Source: Orbicella franksi (taxonomy: Eukaryota). From it: a stretch of 64,000 bases of DNA. The position numbers were made by a program, and so were the translations under genes. The stretch is taken from positions 1,736,001 through 1,800,000 of the forward strand of contig OZ116712.1 in NCBI GenBank assembly GCA_964199315.1, written 5' to 3'. Each line of letters opens with the position of its first letter. The stretch's first letter is position 1. Under the pieces are notes generated by a model. The model ran no database searches, had not been told where the DNA came from, and saw nothing but the letters and a program-made list of their open reading frames with translations. This document shows positions 45,988-57,239 of the stretch, in pieces.

Positions 45988-48900
45988 CTTTTTATGTCAA
46001 AAAGCAATTTCTTACAGACTGTCTTGTTTGCGCGCAAAATTTGAATGTGACACTTCAACTGAAAGGAATATCAGTGTCAGCAACATCTCCTACTCTTATT
46101 GGACGGTTCAAGTGTGACAGGTGTCGGGTATCAGCCAGGAGAATCTGTCATATTCGCAGCGGCCGATGAGATTTCACTTGTGGTTTTCTCTCTTTGTCGA
46201 GAACAGCAAATAAAGGTAAAGATAATTTGTACATATATTTCATTTTCTTCATGGCTGCGATATACTTACATGTTTATACCCCCAAATTGAGGCATCACAT
46301 TTCTTATCACTAACAAACATGCCACTTAGGTCACCCGGTTATGCAAATCAGGGTCTGCGTTACTGACTCATTCTTGTAAGATAATGATGGTTTGAAACGT
46401 GATGTATTTCACCTCTGCCATTTCCGGGGCGTAGAAGACATCAAGATTTTAAGAACGTCTCCTTATGTTTTGAAGCTGTTGTAGGTATAAGAAAAATAAT
46501 CATAGTACAGAGATTTAACCATCTTGTTCCACTTTTCATTATTCATTCACGTGTTGACTTCAACTTTCGTATCGTTGTTCTATCAACACTGATATGTCGA
46601 TCGATGAAATGTTTTTCCCTGAGCATTTAGAACTGGGAATTTAACACCAATGTGCCCTGCAGTGCTCTTAAATTTTATTGAAAGGATGTGTTAGGCATAT
46701 GTGTCTAATCCCTATATAATAAGAATAAATTAAGGTCGAAAGTGTATTTATCATTTAATTTAAGTGTTCAATTGACGTATAACATTTGATTTACTAGCAC
46801 GTTGTACGTAAGTGGCTGACCATTTATGCCTCTTATTTACGCATTTTCAATGTTCGACTATCTTTTTATTCGTAGAATCGAACTATTTTATTCATCTCAA
46901 AACCAACCAGTCATGACTGATCCAACTAAGGTTAATATACCCAAGTGACGATACAATGAATGGTCTATCGATCCGGTTTTTGGACTTCAACGTGTTGCAG
47001 ATCATCTGCAGACGCTGCAGATATTCTGCAGATCTGTTGTTCGTCTGTTTTCGTCTGCAGTCTTAAAATCGGGAAGAGTTTTCAAGCTCAACGTCTGCAG
47101 CAGACTGAAAACAGACTCTGCAGACGATAAATTAGTCTGCAGTTGATCTTTTTTTGTCAAAACAGATCTGTTGCAGATCTGCTGCAGATCTGCTCGTTTC
47201 GTACGGGAGGGAACACAAATAGGGAAATTACAGGCAACCCACGGTGATCGCCGGGGTGCACCCGCAGCATATGAACGGGGCAGCCACGTAATGCTTACAC
47301 TATGGCAACAATGCATTTGAGGATGCACGGGAGAAAGGGAGCAAATTGTGCTTGAAATGTTAGATGGACGAACCTGCGGTGAAATGGTCACGTAAACGCA
47401 TGGGAAACCCACAGTGGAAATACAGGGAAAACACGAAGTACCCTGCGGGAACTCACAGGGGAAGAAGGGGCAAAATAGAGGGTACCCCGGCTGTGGAACC
47501 ATAGTGGAAGTACAGGGACCTGTGGGAATCCACAGCGGAAGCACGCGGGGGAAATAGAAGGTACCCTGTGGGAACCCACAATGGAAGAATGGGGAATATA
47601 GGGGATACCCTGTGGGAAAGAATAAAGGGTAACCAGCGAGAACACACACTGAAAATCATCAAATTTAAGAGAGAAAACATAACCCAGTAGTTTATACGGT
47701 AATACTTGTTTATTTACCCCGTAATTTAATTCCTTACTCCTACACCAATCAATTTATTAGAAATGGTAATGCAGCAAAGTGGAGACCTAGTAACTCATTA
47801 ATGTACTACATTATACACAACACGAAGTCGTTAATGCGGTCCTGTTTAAAGCAATTTTTACTCAGAAAAGTAACTGGTAACGCTAGACGATGGCCTCAGA
47901 AGAAACTCACGCCACTTTTGCATCCAATCAGAAGTAAAACCAAAACCAATCTTGACTCTCTCACACACGTTTTCCCGCGCTTCTCGTCAGCTACATGTAT
48001 TTGCTTCGAGTTTTCTTTGTTTCATTGGATTGTCTGCGTCCTACCCTGGGGTTTGATTTTACGACACTCAATTAAAAAACCTACAGTAACAAAACTCAAG
48101 AATAGAGAAATTCAGTACGAACTCTAAAGTTAAAAGCCCAACCAACGAGTTTCGTTTCACAATGTGATCCCGGAAACAATCTAGTATTTTACGCTAGGAC
48201 ACAAATGATGGCAGTGTAAGAGGGAATAATCAGCTACCCTAATTAACTTCATTCACTGAGTTATCGATTAACTGGAGATGCTACTCAATACACTGCATAC
48301 ATCTAAGATGCTTGGGACAATCTCTTTTCGTTTTTCTAGGATCGATCACAACTGGTATAGAGTCCATAATTTAAATCACAGCTTTTTATGGACCGAACCA
48401 CTCTTTAAATCTCAGTTTACTTGCTAAAAAAATTCTTACCGTATTAGAATATATATTACTTTACATAAACGCATTATCGCTTTATCTGAATATATTAATA
48501 TGATGAATAGATGATGTTATTTATTACTATTTCTATACATACAAATACTGTCTGTATTTATCCAAGGTTTCCATTGCCTGACCAGCTGAAAAAAATTGAC
48601 AATTCGAACTTACATTAAAGACGCAGTTTAAGACTTCAGAATCCTGGGCTCATTCAAACTTGACACGTCATAACAAAAAAATCCAAAACTTTTGAAACGG
48701 GGGCAAATGGTACGGAAATTTCCTTGTAAAGTTCCTGTCAAGAATTGTTTTAAAATTTCTGAAATGTGAACCATTCAACCGAAAATTCAGGAAATTCCAG
48801 GATGACAATAAAATGGAACAGTAATTCCCGGGACGGAATTTTCCAAAAAAATTGGGTATAGTTCCCGAGGTTGTTCTCTTTTCCAGAAATTGGGGGAAAT

Positions 48901-49176
48901 GGTGTTCCATTCGTCACTATAAATCTGCGAGTGTTTCATAATGGAAAAGGACATGCCGTCCGCTTGCTGGCACACTGACGGCATATCTTGAAAAACCTGG
49001 CTTTTCCAAGTTTGTCGGTTTTAACCTGTGTTGATTTGCTTGTTTTCTCTCGATTAATTACTGTTTTTACCTTAGACTGTTATAGGTTTTCTCTATTAAA
49101 AGTAATTTTGTACATCACAAAATGGTTGAAAATTTCGTGCCATTGCATAGCTCCCTTAATTAATCAATTGTTACAA

Positions 49177-49465
49177 TTAACGCCAACACTGTTTATCGTA
49201 ATTCTGTTGGCCATGACCAAACCTCGTTCTGGTGTTGTTCATCTCAAACGCCGGCATATTTCCTTCAGTCAATCGGTGTTCTGTTCCACCAATCACAACC
49301 CTGCATTCAGGACACGTGCTTCGCTGCATGGCTTGTCCACATCCGCCAATCGTGTAGACATGTCCCTGGGGGCATTTGTACCAACGACCTTGAGACAGGT
49401 TCATCGCAGACACGATCTCTTTCTTTTCTTCGGGCGTTATTGGCGAGAGGAAGCGGTAGGCTTGC
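49177..49465 (-). other. Second orphan RZ-finger exon (unspliced 146-aa ORF 49617-49177)
   Basis: Paralog of 19024-19297; acceptor CAG at 49468-49466; RZ core WYKCPQGHVYTIGGCGQAMQRSTCPECRVVIGGTEHRL; C-terminus differs because of a 1-nt indel. Confidence 0.85.
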
Positions 49466-52400
49466 CTGCAAAGAAAAACAGGAATAATTGTCATGTCAAG
49501 GTGTCTTGAAAGATCTGCAACTGAGGTAGTTTGCTTTTGCAAACATGTGATAAGCATATCTTTTAGCAGACAGGGCGTGACGGCCAGGCGTGAGAGATTC
49601 CGGAAGATTGATTCCATATTTAAGATTTGACTGGATGTCTTTTATCCAGTATTAGATCATAAGAAATCATGAGATTCAAGCTGTAGAAAATTTACTCTGA
49701 TGATGTGCATATTAAGGGTGAGGTCTGGTTTTTAATTTACAGTGCATGAAATTCAAATGAAAGATAGTTTGTCATGGACTGAGTTGCAACCTTTATTCCA
49801 ACCTTTATTCCAATCAACTGAAACCTGAAATGAATGGCTTACAATACGTGTACATGCAGTACAGAAACTAATCATTATTGTAAGTAATCTATTAAAAGTA
49901 TGTTAATTAATGTTAATTTCTATGCTTTTAACAGGAAAATAGCGCCCAAGAAGGACATCAGCAACAAGAAAAGGAAAGCGACAGAAATAATTAATTGAAA
50001 TGTACATACTGTCAAAATGCTGCAATAGTTTCCAGTGGAATGGTCTAACTGGAGAGCAAATGTTTTTTGCAATGGATCAGAAACTTCCAATGTTACTAAT
50101 AATACAATTGCTTTTTTATTTACTGTATAATGTGGTATGGATTAAACAAGACTTAAAAAAAGACAAAAAAATTACTGTTACTCTGAATAATTTTTCCTTA
50201 CATCAACTTAATGCACCGAGCAATAACTGCTGCATATATCGTAATTATACATGTAGCGCAATTTAAGGTGGCTCTGACTGAAGCCTTATTTGTTGCCTTT
50301 GTTAAATTAGAAAAAATGTCAACTTACATTGTGGCCCGTAACCAAATTAATTCCAAGTTTAGAATTTTTATTCTTAGAAATAAATTGAATGTTGCAATGT
50401 GTGCTGTTGGTCATCGTCACAACAGTTGTCATCAAGTTTTGCTTTAGAAAATATTTCAGAGCCACCTTAAATTTTCCTGTGTGGAATGTTTGTTATTTGG
50501 CAAGACGTTATGTTCCGGTATATATGTATACTGTATGTATTTCAAATGTGAATATTACTAATATGTTGGCTTTCTGTATATTTTTACTTGTTGCACTTAG
50601 GCTAAAATTTTGTGAATTTACCAATTTACAAACCCACACAGACCTACCAGTAATGCCAAATGCCTGCCTTTGAATTTTGCATCGCAATTAAATTATTTTT
50701 CATAAGAGGCTTCATTGACTTTGTTCAAAGGAGAGAAAACTGATTGTCAACAATAATAATAAAAGGAGAGAATGTTGCAGTTAAACCTCCTGTTTAGAGG
50801 TGCTTTCCATTTGATCAAAAATCCTGGTTTGCATTTCTGGAAATTCCCAATGGTAAATGGGAAAGGATTTTCCAAAATTTCCAGAAAAGAGGACAACCTT
50901 GCGAGGTATACAGAAATTTTTGGAAATTTCTAATTTCTGTTTCCCTCCCGGCATTTCCATAGTTTTCGGTTGAATGTTTTGGGTTTTTTGGAAATTCAAC
51001 AATTTCAAATTTTCTGGCAATTTCTGCACCATTTGTCCATTTTGAAATTTTTGGAATTATTGGTTGAATGGAGAGCACCCTATGACACCACGTGTACCTG
51101 CTAGAAAACAAAACATTGCTTATGATCCATAAGTTAGTAATTCCTGTTTAACTAAAGACTTAACTAAATGAGCATCCTACAATTACATTAGAGTTCTACA
51201 TGTACTATAGAGCAGTTTCACTCGTGACCACCAGCCATGGGCATTCACTAGAGCAAAAGAAAACATTTTATAAGAAAATAATTCAACTCCCATGGGATTG
51301 GTTTGAGGTACCAACATGACCACCGTTTCATTGTGTTTAGATGCCAAAATGGCTGTCATGTTGTCATGAAAACACTCTATAGAGGCCATTGTATCGCTGA
51401 ATCCATTAATTAGATTGCCTGTGAAATAAGTATGTAAGCAAATAATGAGAATACTTCCCAAATTAAACAACAATACAAAAAATAATTCAATATTTCCCTT
51501 GGGTTAAACGAAAAACGTAATACAAAACCCAGGAGTGAATGAGATTCTCTGCTTTGTTCGAGCTCAATGTGAATTGCTGTACTTGTACATGGACATATTG
51601 TAAATGGATGTCTTCAGTTTATTAACCTGTGATACGATAAGTCCCTTATTTTTCTCTCAGAACAACTCAAGTTGGTGAGCATGCAAGCATGCATGAAAAC
51701 CAGCTTGCGGAGGAGTTGGCATGTTCACATGCTCACCCACTAACTAACTCTAAGAAAAAAATGAGAGGCTATTCATAGGATGTCTGACTTGTAGGCTTTA
51801 AAATCAGAAGTGAGGGAAGGATATGAGTGTTTGTCTTGTAAACTCCAGGGCCAGGTTGTTCGAAGGTGGGTTAACCCTAACCTAGGATTAAAAGTTAACC
51901 AAAGTATAAATTTATCTTGTATTTAGATATTTTTGACTGCTTAAGATTACTCAAGCTCAAAACTGAAGGACAAGCAATAGAACCTGGAAACCGCACTGAA
52001 AAGTTGCAAAACTGAAATCAACCCACGCATTTCATAGGTTAGCTTAATCGGGCTTTGAACAACCTGGCCCAGAATATTAGAAAATATGTGAGTTTTCTTT
52101 GTAGTTATTTTTATCTCTTTGCTAGTGAGACACAAGAAGTAAGGTTAGGTTGCCCGGTTTTTTGGTTTTTGTTTTTGTTTGTTTTTTTTTTGGGGGGGGG
52201 GGTGCACAAAAGACGCAGAAAGATTGCAATTTTTTACATGTATACCTTGACTTGCACCCTGTGTGTTCTTTTGTATCTAAAACAGTCAGAAAGCATGACT
52301 TATTACTGAGTTATGCTCTTATTGTGGCTGTTCTGTTTTAAATATCTAGGGTCTTATAACAATAGATTTATATTTGTAAGTTAAAAAACTTACTATCTTT

Positions 52401-53379
52401 AATTTTCATGGATTGAATGGTGTATGATATTTAAGTTACTTGAAAGTTTGCTTAACCACTGCAGTGACCAAGTATTTCAAAGAGTAAGTTCAAGTAACAA
52501 TACTCAATGTTGTTAACTACCAAGTTCTATTCTGAAGGAATATTGTGAATTTGTACATTAATTTTGCCTGATTTCAGAAGGGTTAAGTAAAGTGATACAG
52601 CATTTTAGTCGTCAACTTTATTGTGCATGGCAATTCTTTGTACAATAAATAATTATGGTTCAGGTATAGCTATTAACCTTTGTGACATTTTCAGTCTCTT
52701 GTTTGAAATATGAATTCTCCTTGCTTGTTTCCACACAGTTCTTTTAATTGTAGTTAGGAGAATGGTCAAGTATATCAAGACAGTATCTTGAAGATTAATA
52801 ATCATCACTTGTGCGAATCATTGCTCGACAAAGAATCAAATAACTGGGATGCAAGCACACTATGCACACCCTTACTTGAATTTCTCACCAGTAATTCATC
52901 ACCCCCACACCCTCCCTGGAGGGAAATTACCTTTTTGCAAATCTTTCGCTAAAACAGTTCCATTACGGCGCCCACAGATGCTAACATTAACAACGGGAAT
53001 TTATACGAGAAGTCACATTCTGACCAGAAAGGAAATTGACGTATTTCGTTTTAGTAAATAGCCCAAAGAAAATGCGCGCGCTGATTGGTTGAAAATCTTG
53101 TTTCTAGAACCCGATAGAAACACAACTAACTTGACGTAATGATGGCGGGTGCGAAGAGAATTTAGATTTTGATGATGACAGTAAACTCGATAGAAATCTA
53201 TTTCTCGAGAGAACGTCATTGAAAATTCTTCCCGAAAGGCGGTATTAGACTTCCTAAGGGTCTGTAATGGGCGATTTTAGGGCCGGTAAAATTTTATTTA
53301 GGACCTATGTAAGCATGTAATCCAAATTTAAGGGACAGATTCACCGGGTTCGTTTAGTTTTAAAGTCAGCTGCATTTGA

Positions 53380-53526
53380 CCGGAAGAAGAATATTTTTTG
53401 ACTGTGTTTCTGAGAATCGACGGCTAAAAATAACGGACCAATGACAACGACGTATGCATGGGTGATAGTTATGCATAAAACGGGGGAGGTTTCTGAGAAC
53501 TGAGAAAGGAAACAGGTTTCCTGGAA
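53380..53526 (+). promoter_or_regulatory. Putative promoter of ZNFX1 copy 3; first-exon donor at 53626
   Basis: CCGGAAG 53380-53386; TTCTGAGAA 53408-53416 and 53491-53499; CCAAT 53438-53442; GAAAGGAAAC 53504-53513; TTCCTGGAA 53518-53526; AAG|GTAAGT at 53626. Confidence 0.7.
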
Positions 53527-54704
53527 TCGAGAGTATGTTCAAAGAGAAATTCGTATTTCATGTGTTATTGCTGCTCTGAAAATCACCTAGATATGTGTCG
53601 AAAAATCGCCTAGAGGAGGTTTAAGGTAAGTTGCTCAAATACGTGTCTCTTTAGGGTCTGCTATTTGCTATGAAAGTAAGACAGGTTTGTTCGCATTGCG
53701 AAGCAACTGCAGGTTGGCAGCATGAAGTCGGAACACTGCTTTGTGCTACATACCACATGATTCTACACTGCCTTGCAGCGTTTCCTTTTCCGCTATCGTT
53801 TCGAAAAGTTTTACAGACGCAACGATTGGAACGACGAGAAAAGATGTTGAACTTTTGAGTGTAGTTAGTACATTAAACTTGTCGACAATAATTCATAGAC
53901 CCTCTAGTCTAGCCAGTCAAGTTACACCGCAAAACTTACTATCTATTATAACAAAAACCACTCAGAACGTCCAGCGGCACTACACATAAATCTACCGTCA
54001 CTTTCAAACCACAGTTAGACCGTGGAGAAGGGCATCTCTCATTTAAATGCCGACCGTGCTCTTCATAATAAACTAAAATTAAAATGAAACACGACCTTTC
54101 ATGGTATTTCGTTTTGAACAAAGGACGGTTAGATGTTTATGTCATCCAGAACATTCTCCGCGACCATTCAGACTCACCTCTGTGTGATAAAAATCAGCTA
54201 ATTTTGAATGATTTGATCGGTACATATAGACTTGTGGTAGGTAACTGTGTAACTGGTAAAAAAGAGTAAGTGAAAAACGGCAAATAGACAATTAACGTCG
54301 AGTGAATTATTTAAAATTATCGTAACTATTTCGTGTAAACTATCTTTTATCAATGAATTTAGGCAACTTTCTTCCAAGAGGTATAACTGAATAGCAAACC
54401 AGATCTTATCTGTATCATTTGACTACAAATTAAAGCAAATTTTGCCACACTTTCTAGACTTGTGTTTCGGTCGTCTTTTGTTACCTCAATTTATTGAATA
54501 TCTATAGTGAACTGTGGAGCCCATTGTGTCACGCTTCCTTCTAGAGCGTACACTGAATTAATATTCAGCTATCCCGCATCTTCATATTTGAGTATAAGGC
54601 CACTGACAGACAAAACAAATTAAGATTTAATTTAATCTGCGTAACTGCGTTTTGTTCGGTATGTGGTCTGTTAATTCTCATGTCCTGTCCTCGCTATGCC
54701 AGTT

Positions 54705-54891
54705 AACAAATAAAGAAGCCTCGACTGTGCTCTGTTCTGTTGTAAAGCACTTAGGAAGCGGTAGAGCACGAAAGAAGTGTAGGGGAAAACACGAGACGTA
54801 GTCGAGTGTTTTTCCCTACATCTTGAGTGCTCTACCGCTTCCTAAATGCTTTACAACAGAACAGAGCACAGTCGAGGCTTCTTTATTTGTT
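54705..54891. repeat. 187-bp near-perfect palindrome, probably a terminus of a Crypton-like element
   Basis: ~65-bp arms AACAAATAAAGAAGCCTCGACTGTGCTCTGTTCTGTTGTAAAGCA..AGAGCAC and their reverse complement, with inner TGTAGGG-AAAACAC stems. Confidence 0.85.
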
Positions 54892-56110
54892 TTATGATAA
54901 AGAATCCGATAATTTCCTCACGAATTTGGCTGAATTTTTTCAAACCAAACTTTATTTTCCAAACGAGCAAAAGTGGCGTCAGCCGTGAACTGTTCCCTGA
55001 TAAAGCACGCTAAAATAAGCCAATCAGAATCCTTGTGAGAATTGTTCAAATAATTTGATTGGCTAACGAAGCGACAGCTGTCAATCACAAACTGGCCTTC
55101 AGCTAAGCTTTCAGTTTCGAGTAGTTTGAGCGGCTTTCGAGAGAGGAACGATGCCTTCGAAGTTCGCTTTTCAGTTAAATTTTAAATACGGATCTAAAGG
55201 CAGGTGAAGGTTTATAGTCCAGAGGAATACGGCCATATTGTGGCCCATGAAAACGTGCACTTTTCCAGTGGAAATTACGAAACGCGGAGCTCAAAGCCTG
55301 TGGATGAAAGTGCAAAATGCCGAGTCGAATTTGAACGGAGCTACAGTTATTTACGGCTTGTAGCCGCATGCAGCAAGATTGCTCGAACTAGCGTAAGAGT
55401 TAGAAAGACTAAACGGCTCCCACTGGTTCTACTCCAAGCACAGAAGAGAATATTAGAGCAAGCTTTGCACTGACCACTCGTCGGTTCACTTCGCTGCGAT
55501 GACCGGAGAACGAGCATTACTACACTACATGCAAAAAAAATTGGCGGTCGCCGACTTAATTTCAGAGATAAAGAGTGTGGAAAACTCCCCTGATTTTGAA
55601 AAGTTAACGCACGTAATTCAGCATGGTCTACAGGGGTTTATAGCTAAAAATATCCAAGGTGAGTCAACGGAGACAAACGATCTTAGCCATATTTTGTAGA
55701 AGTGGGTCTGCTGCGTAAATAATTCCAAATTTTACCAGCGTTTTCACAAAACTTAACCCTTCAAGAGGCATTTGAAACCGTCGCACAGATAAACGAAGAG
55801 CTAAAAAAAACAGAATTCAATGGTGCATTTTGCAAAAAATTCAAACTTCTAGTCGATAGATTTTCTTCATTTTTTCGCTAAACGTAGAAAATCGGTAGAC
55901 AAAATGATCCATTAGAAGAAAAATAGGGGTCACCGAACGTCCAAGATCGTTAAATCCAGGCAAAGCTATAGCAATGGCCATCTGCATTGTTCATTTTATT
56001 ACTTAGCGCGCGCGCTCATGCATGACGTGGCAAGTGAATTTGCGTGCGCAGTAAGGTTGCGCAGAAACAATTAGCGCGAACGTCCTAAAAAACGCATAAA
56101 ATGCATGTTT

Positions 56111-56408
56111 CCGTCCACATCACGCCGGAAAAATTTGAAAACGCAACAATCACCGGTCATTTGGATTTGTGTTTAAGGAAAACTCGGGAAAGGAAATCAC
56201 ATGATTATCATGAGGCCTCGTCTTCGAAAAATCTTCGTTTTCAAAATGTTTGCCCTCCACGCGAAAACGCAAAGCCGGCGTTTTCAAATTCCTCCGGTTT
56301 AAAGAGCGTTTTCGAAAAGCTCTGTTTTCGTGACGGATTAGTGTGAACGGTAGGCCTAGCCGTAGAAAAAAAGCTGCGTTTTCAAATTTCTCCAGCGTAG
56401 TGTGGACG
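56111..56408. mobile_element. Degenerate Harbinger-type MITE
   Basis: CGTCCACATCACGCCGGAAAAATTTGAAAACGCA ... TGCGTTTTCAAATTTCTCCAGCGTAGTGTGGACG imperfect TIR. Confidence 0.7.
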
Positions 56409-56729
56409 CTGCCTCACTTGCAACATGCACTTATGGGCAAGTTCCAAGTAGAATAATTAAATACCTACGTTAGAAACATATTGATTTATTAGCCTATCTA
56501 TAATAAAATAAACTGGAAAAATTTCATAATGTCATTATGGAGACCCGGCCAGGTATTGTTACAGTTCTAGCTAAAGGGGTGTCTTAACAAAGGAGCCTAT
56601 TAACGTTATCATTGCAACCTTTTGAATTTTAGTACAACTTATTTCTAACCATAGCGGTACATGAGATCTACTCAATAACAAGAGAAAAGAGAGGATCCCT
56701 AATTCAGACCTTAATCAATTTATGTTTAG

Positions 56730-57015
56730 ATAAATAAATAGAATAAATAAATCAATTTATTTAAGGGTTGAAGTGTTTAGCACTGCTGTACTAATTGGTG
56801 ACCCTAAAATATGCAAACAAATCTTGTAAATTGACCAGAAACTTGTTAAAAATCCCAACTGGCGGGAGGGTGACCAGTTGGCTATTTATAAAGCGAGGAG
56901 GAGTTGAATCTGGGACCACCAAACACAAATCAATCCAGTAGCAGGGAAGAGGATTCGAACCTGGGACCTGCGGATCACAAATCCAGCGCACTAACCACTA
57001 GGCCACGCCGCCTCC
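56730..57015 (-). mobile_element. tRNA-derived SINE
   Basis: Minus strand: A-box TGGCCTAGTGG, B-box GGTTCGAATCC, central CAACTGG..CCGCCAGTTGGGATTTTTAAC block, AT-rich tail. Confidence 0.82.
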
Positions 57016-57239
57016 ACAAAATATTTCTAACTCCAGGGTTAGTGTTAACGGTATTCATTCTGATCAATGCAGCCTGATTCTGTAGTCTTTTCTGTATATA
57101 GATCAACAAAAACAACTATTGTTTGTTTTCATGGCCATAAATACATACAGTGTTGCAAAAGCTCTCAAACAACACTTCCCCACATACCCCACCCTTTTTC
57201 AGTTATTTTGATTACTTACTTACCTAATATTCTTCATAG

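Larger units (their letters stand above)
42496..47207. mobile_element. CACTA/EnSpm (CMC)-type non-autonomous element, 4712 bp
   Basis: Perfect 23-bp TIR CCCGTACGAAACGAGCAGATCTG; 2-bp AG TSD (42494-42495, 47208-47209); empty site TTCAGAGGGAAC in unit A (about 17017-17028); dense subterminal CTGCAGA/AGATCTG repeats at both ends. Confidence 0.9.
26582..52980 (+). repeat. Segmental duplication unit B
   Basis: Collinear with 1-22800, with unit-specific insertions (39279-39757, 42496-47207) and without the TEs in the copy 1 last intron. Confidence 0.93.

Noticed and set aside
56945-57015. tRNA gene on the minus strand (also 11830-11900 and 63405-63480 on plus)
   Set aside because: A and B boxes are present but there is no paired acceptor stem, and the sequence runs into a SINE body and tail.
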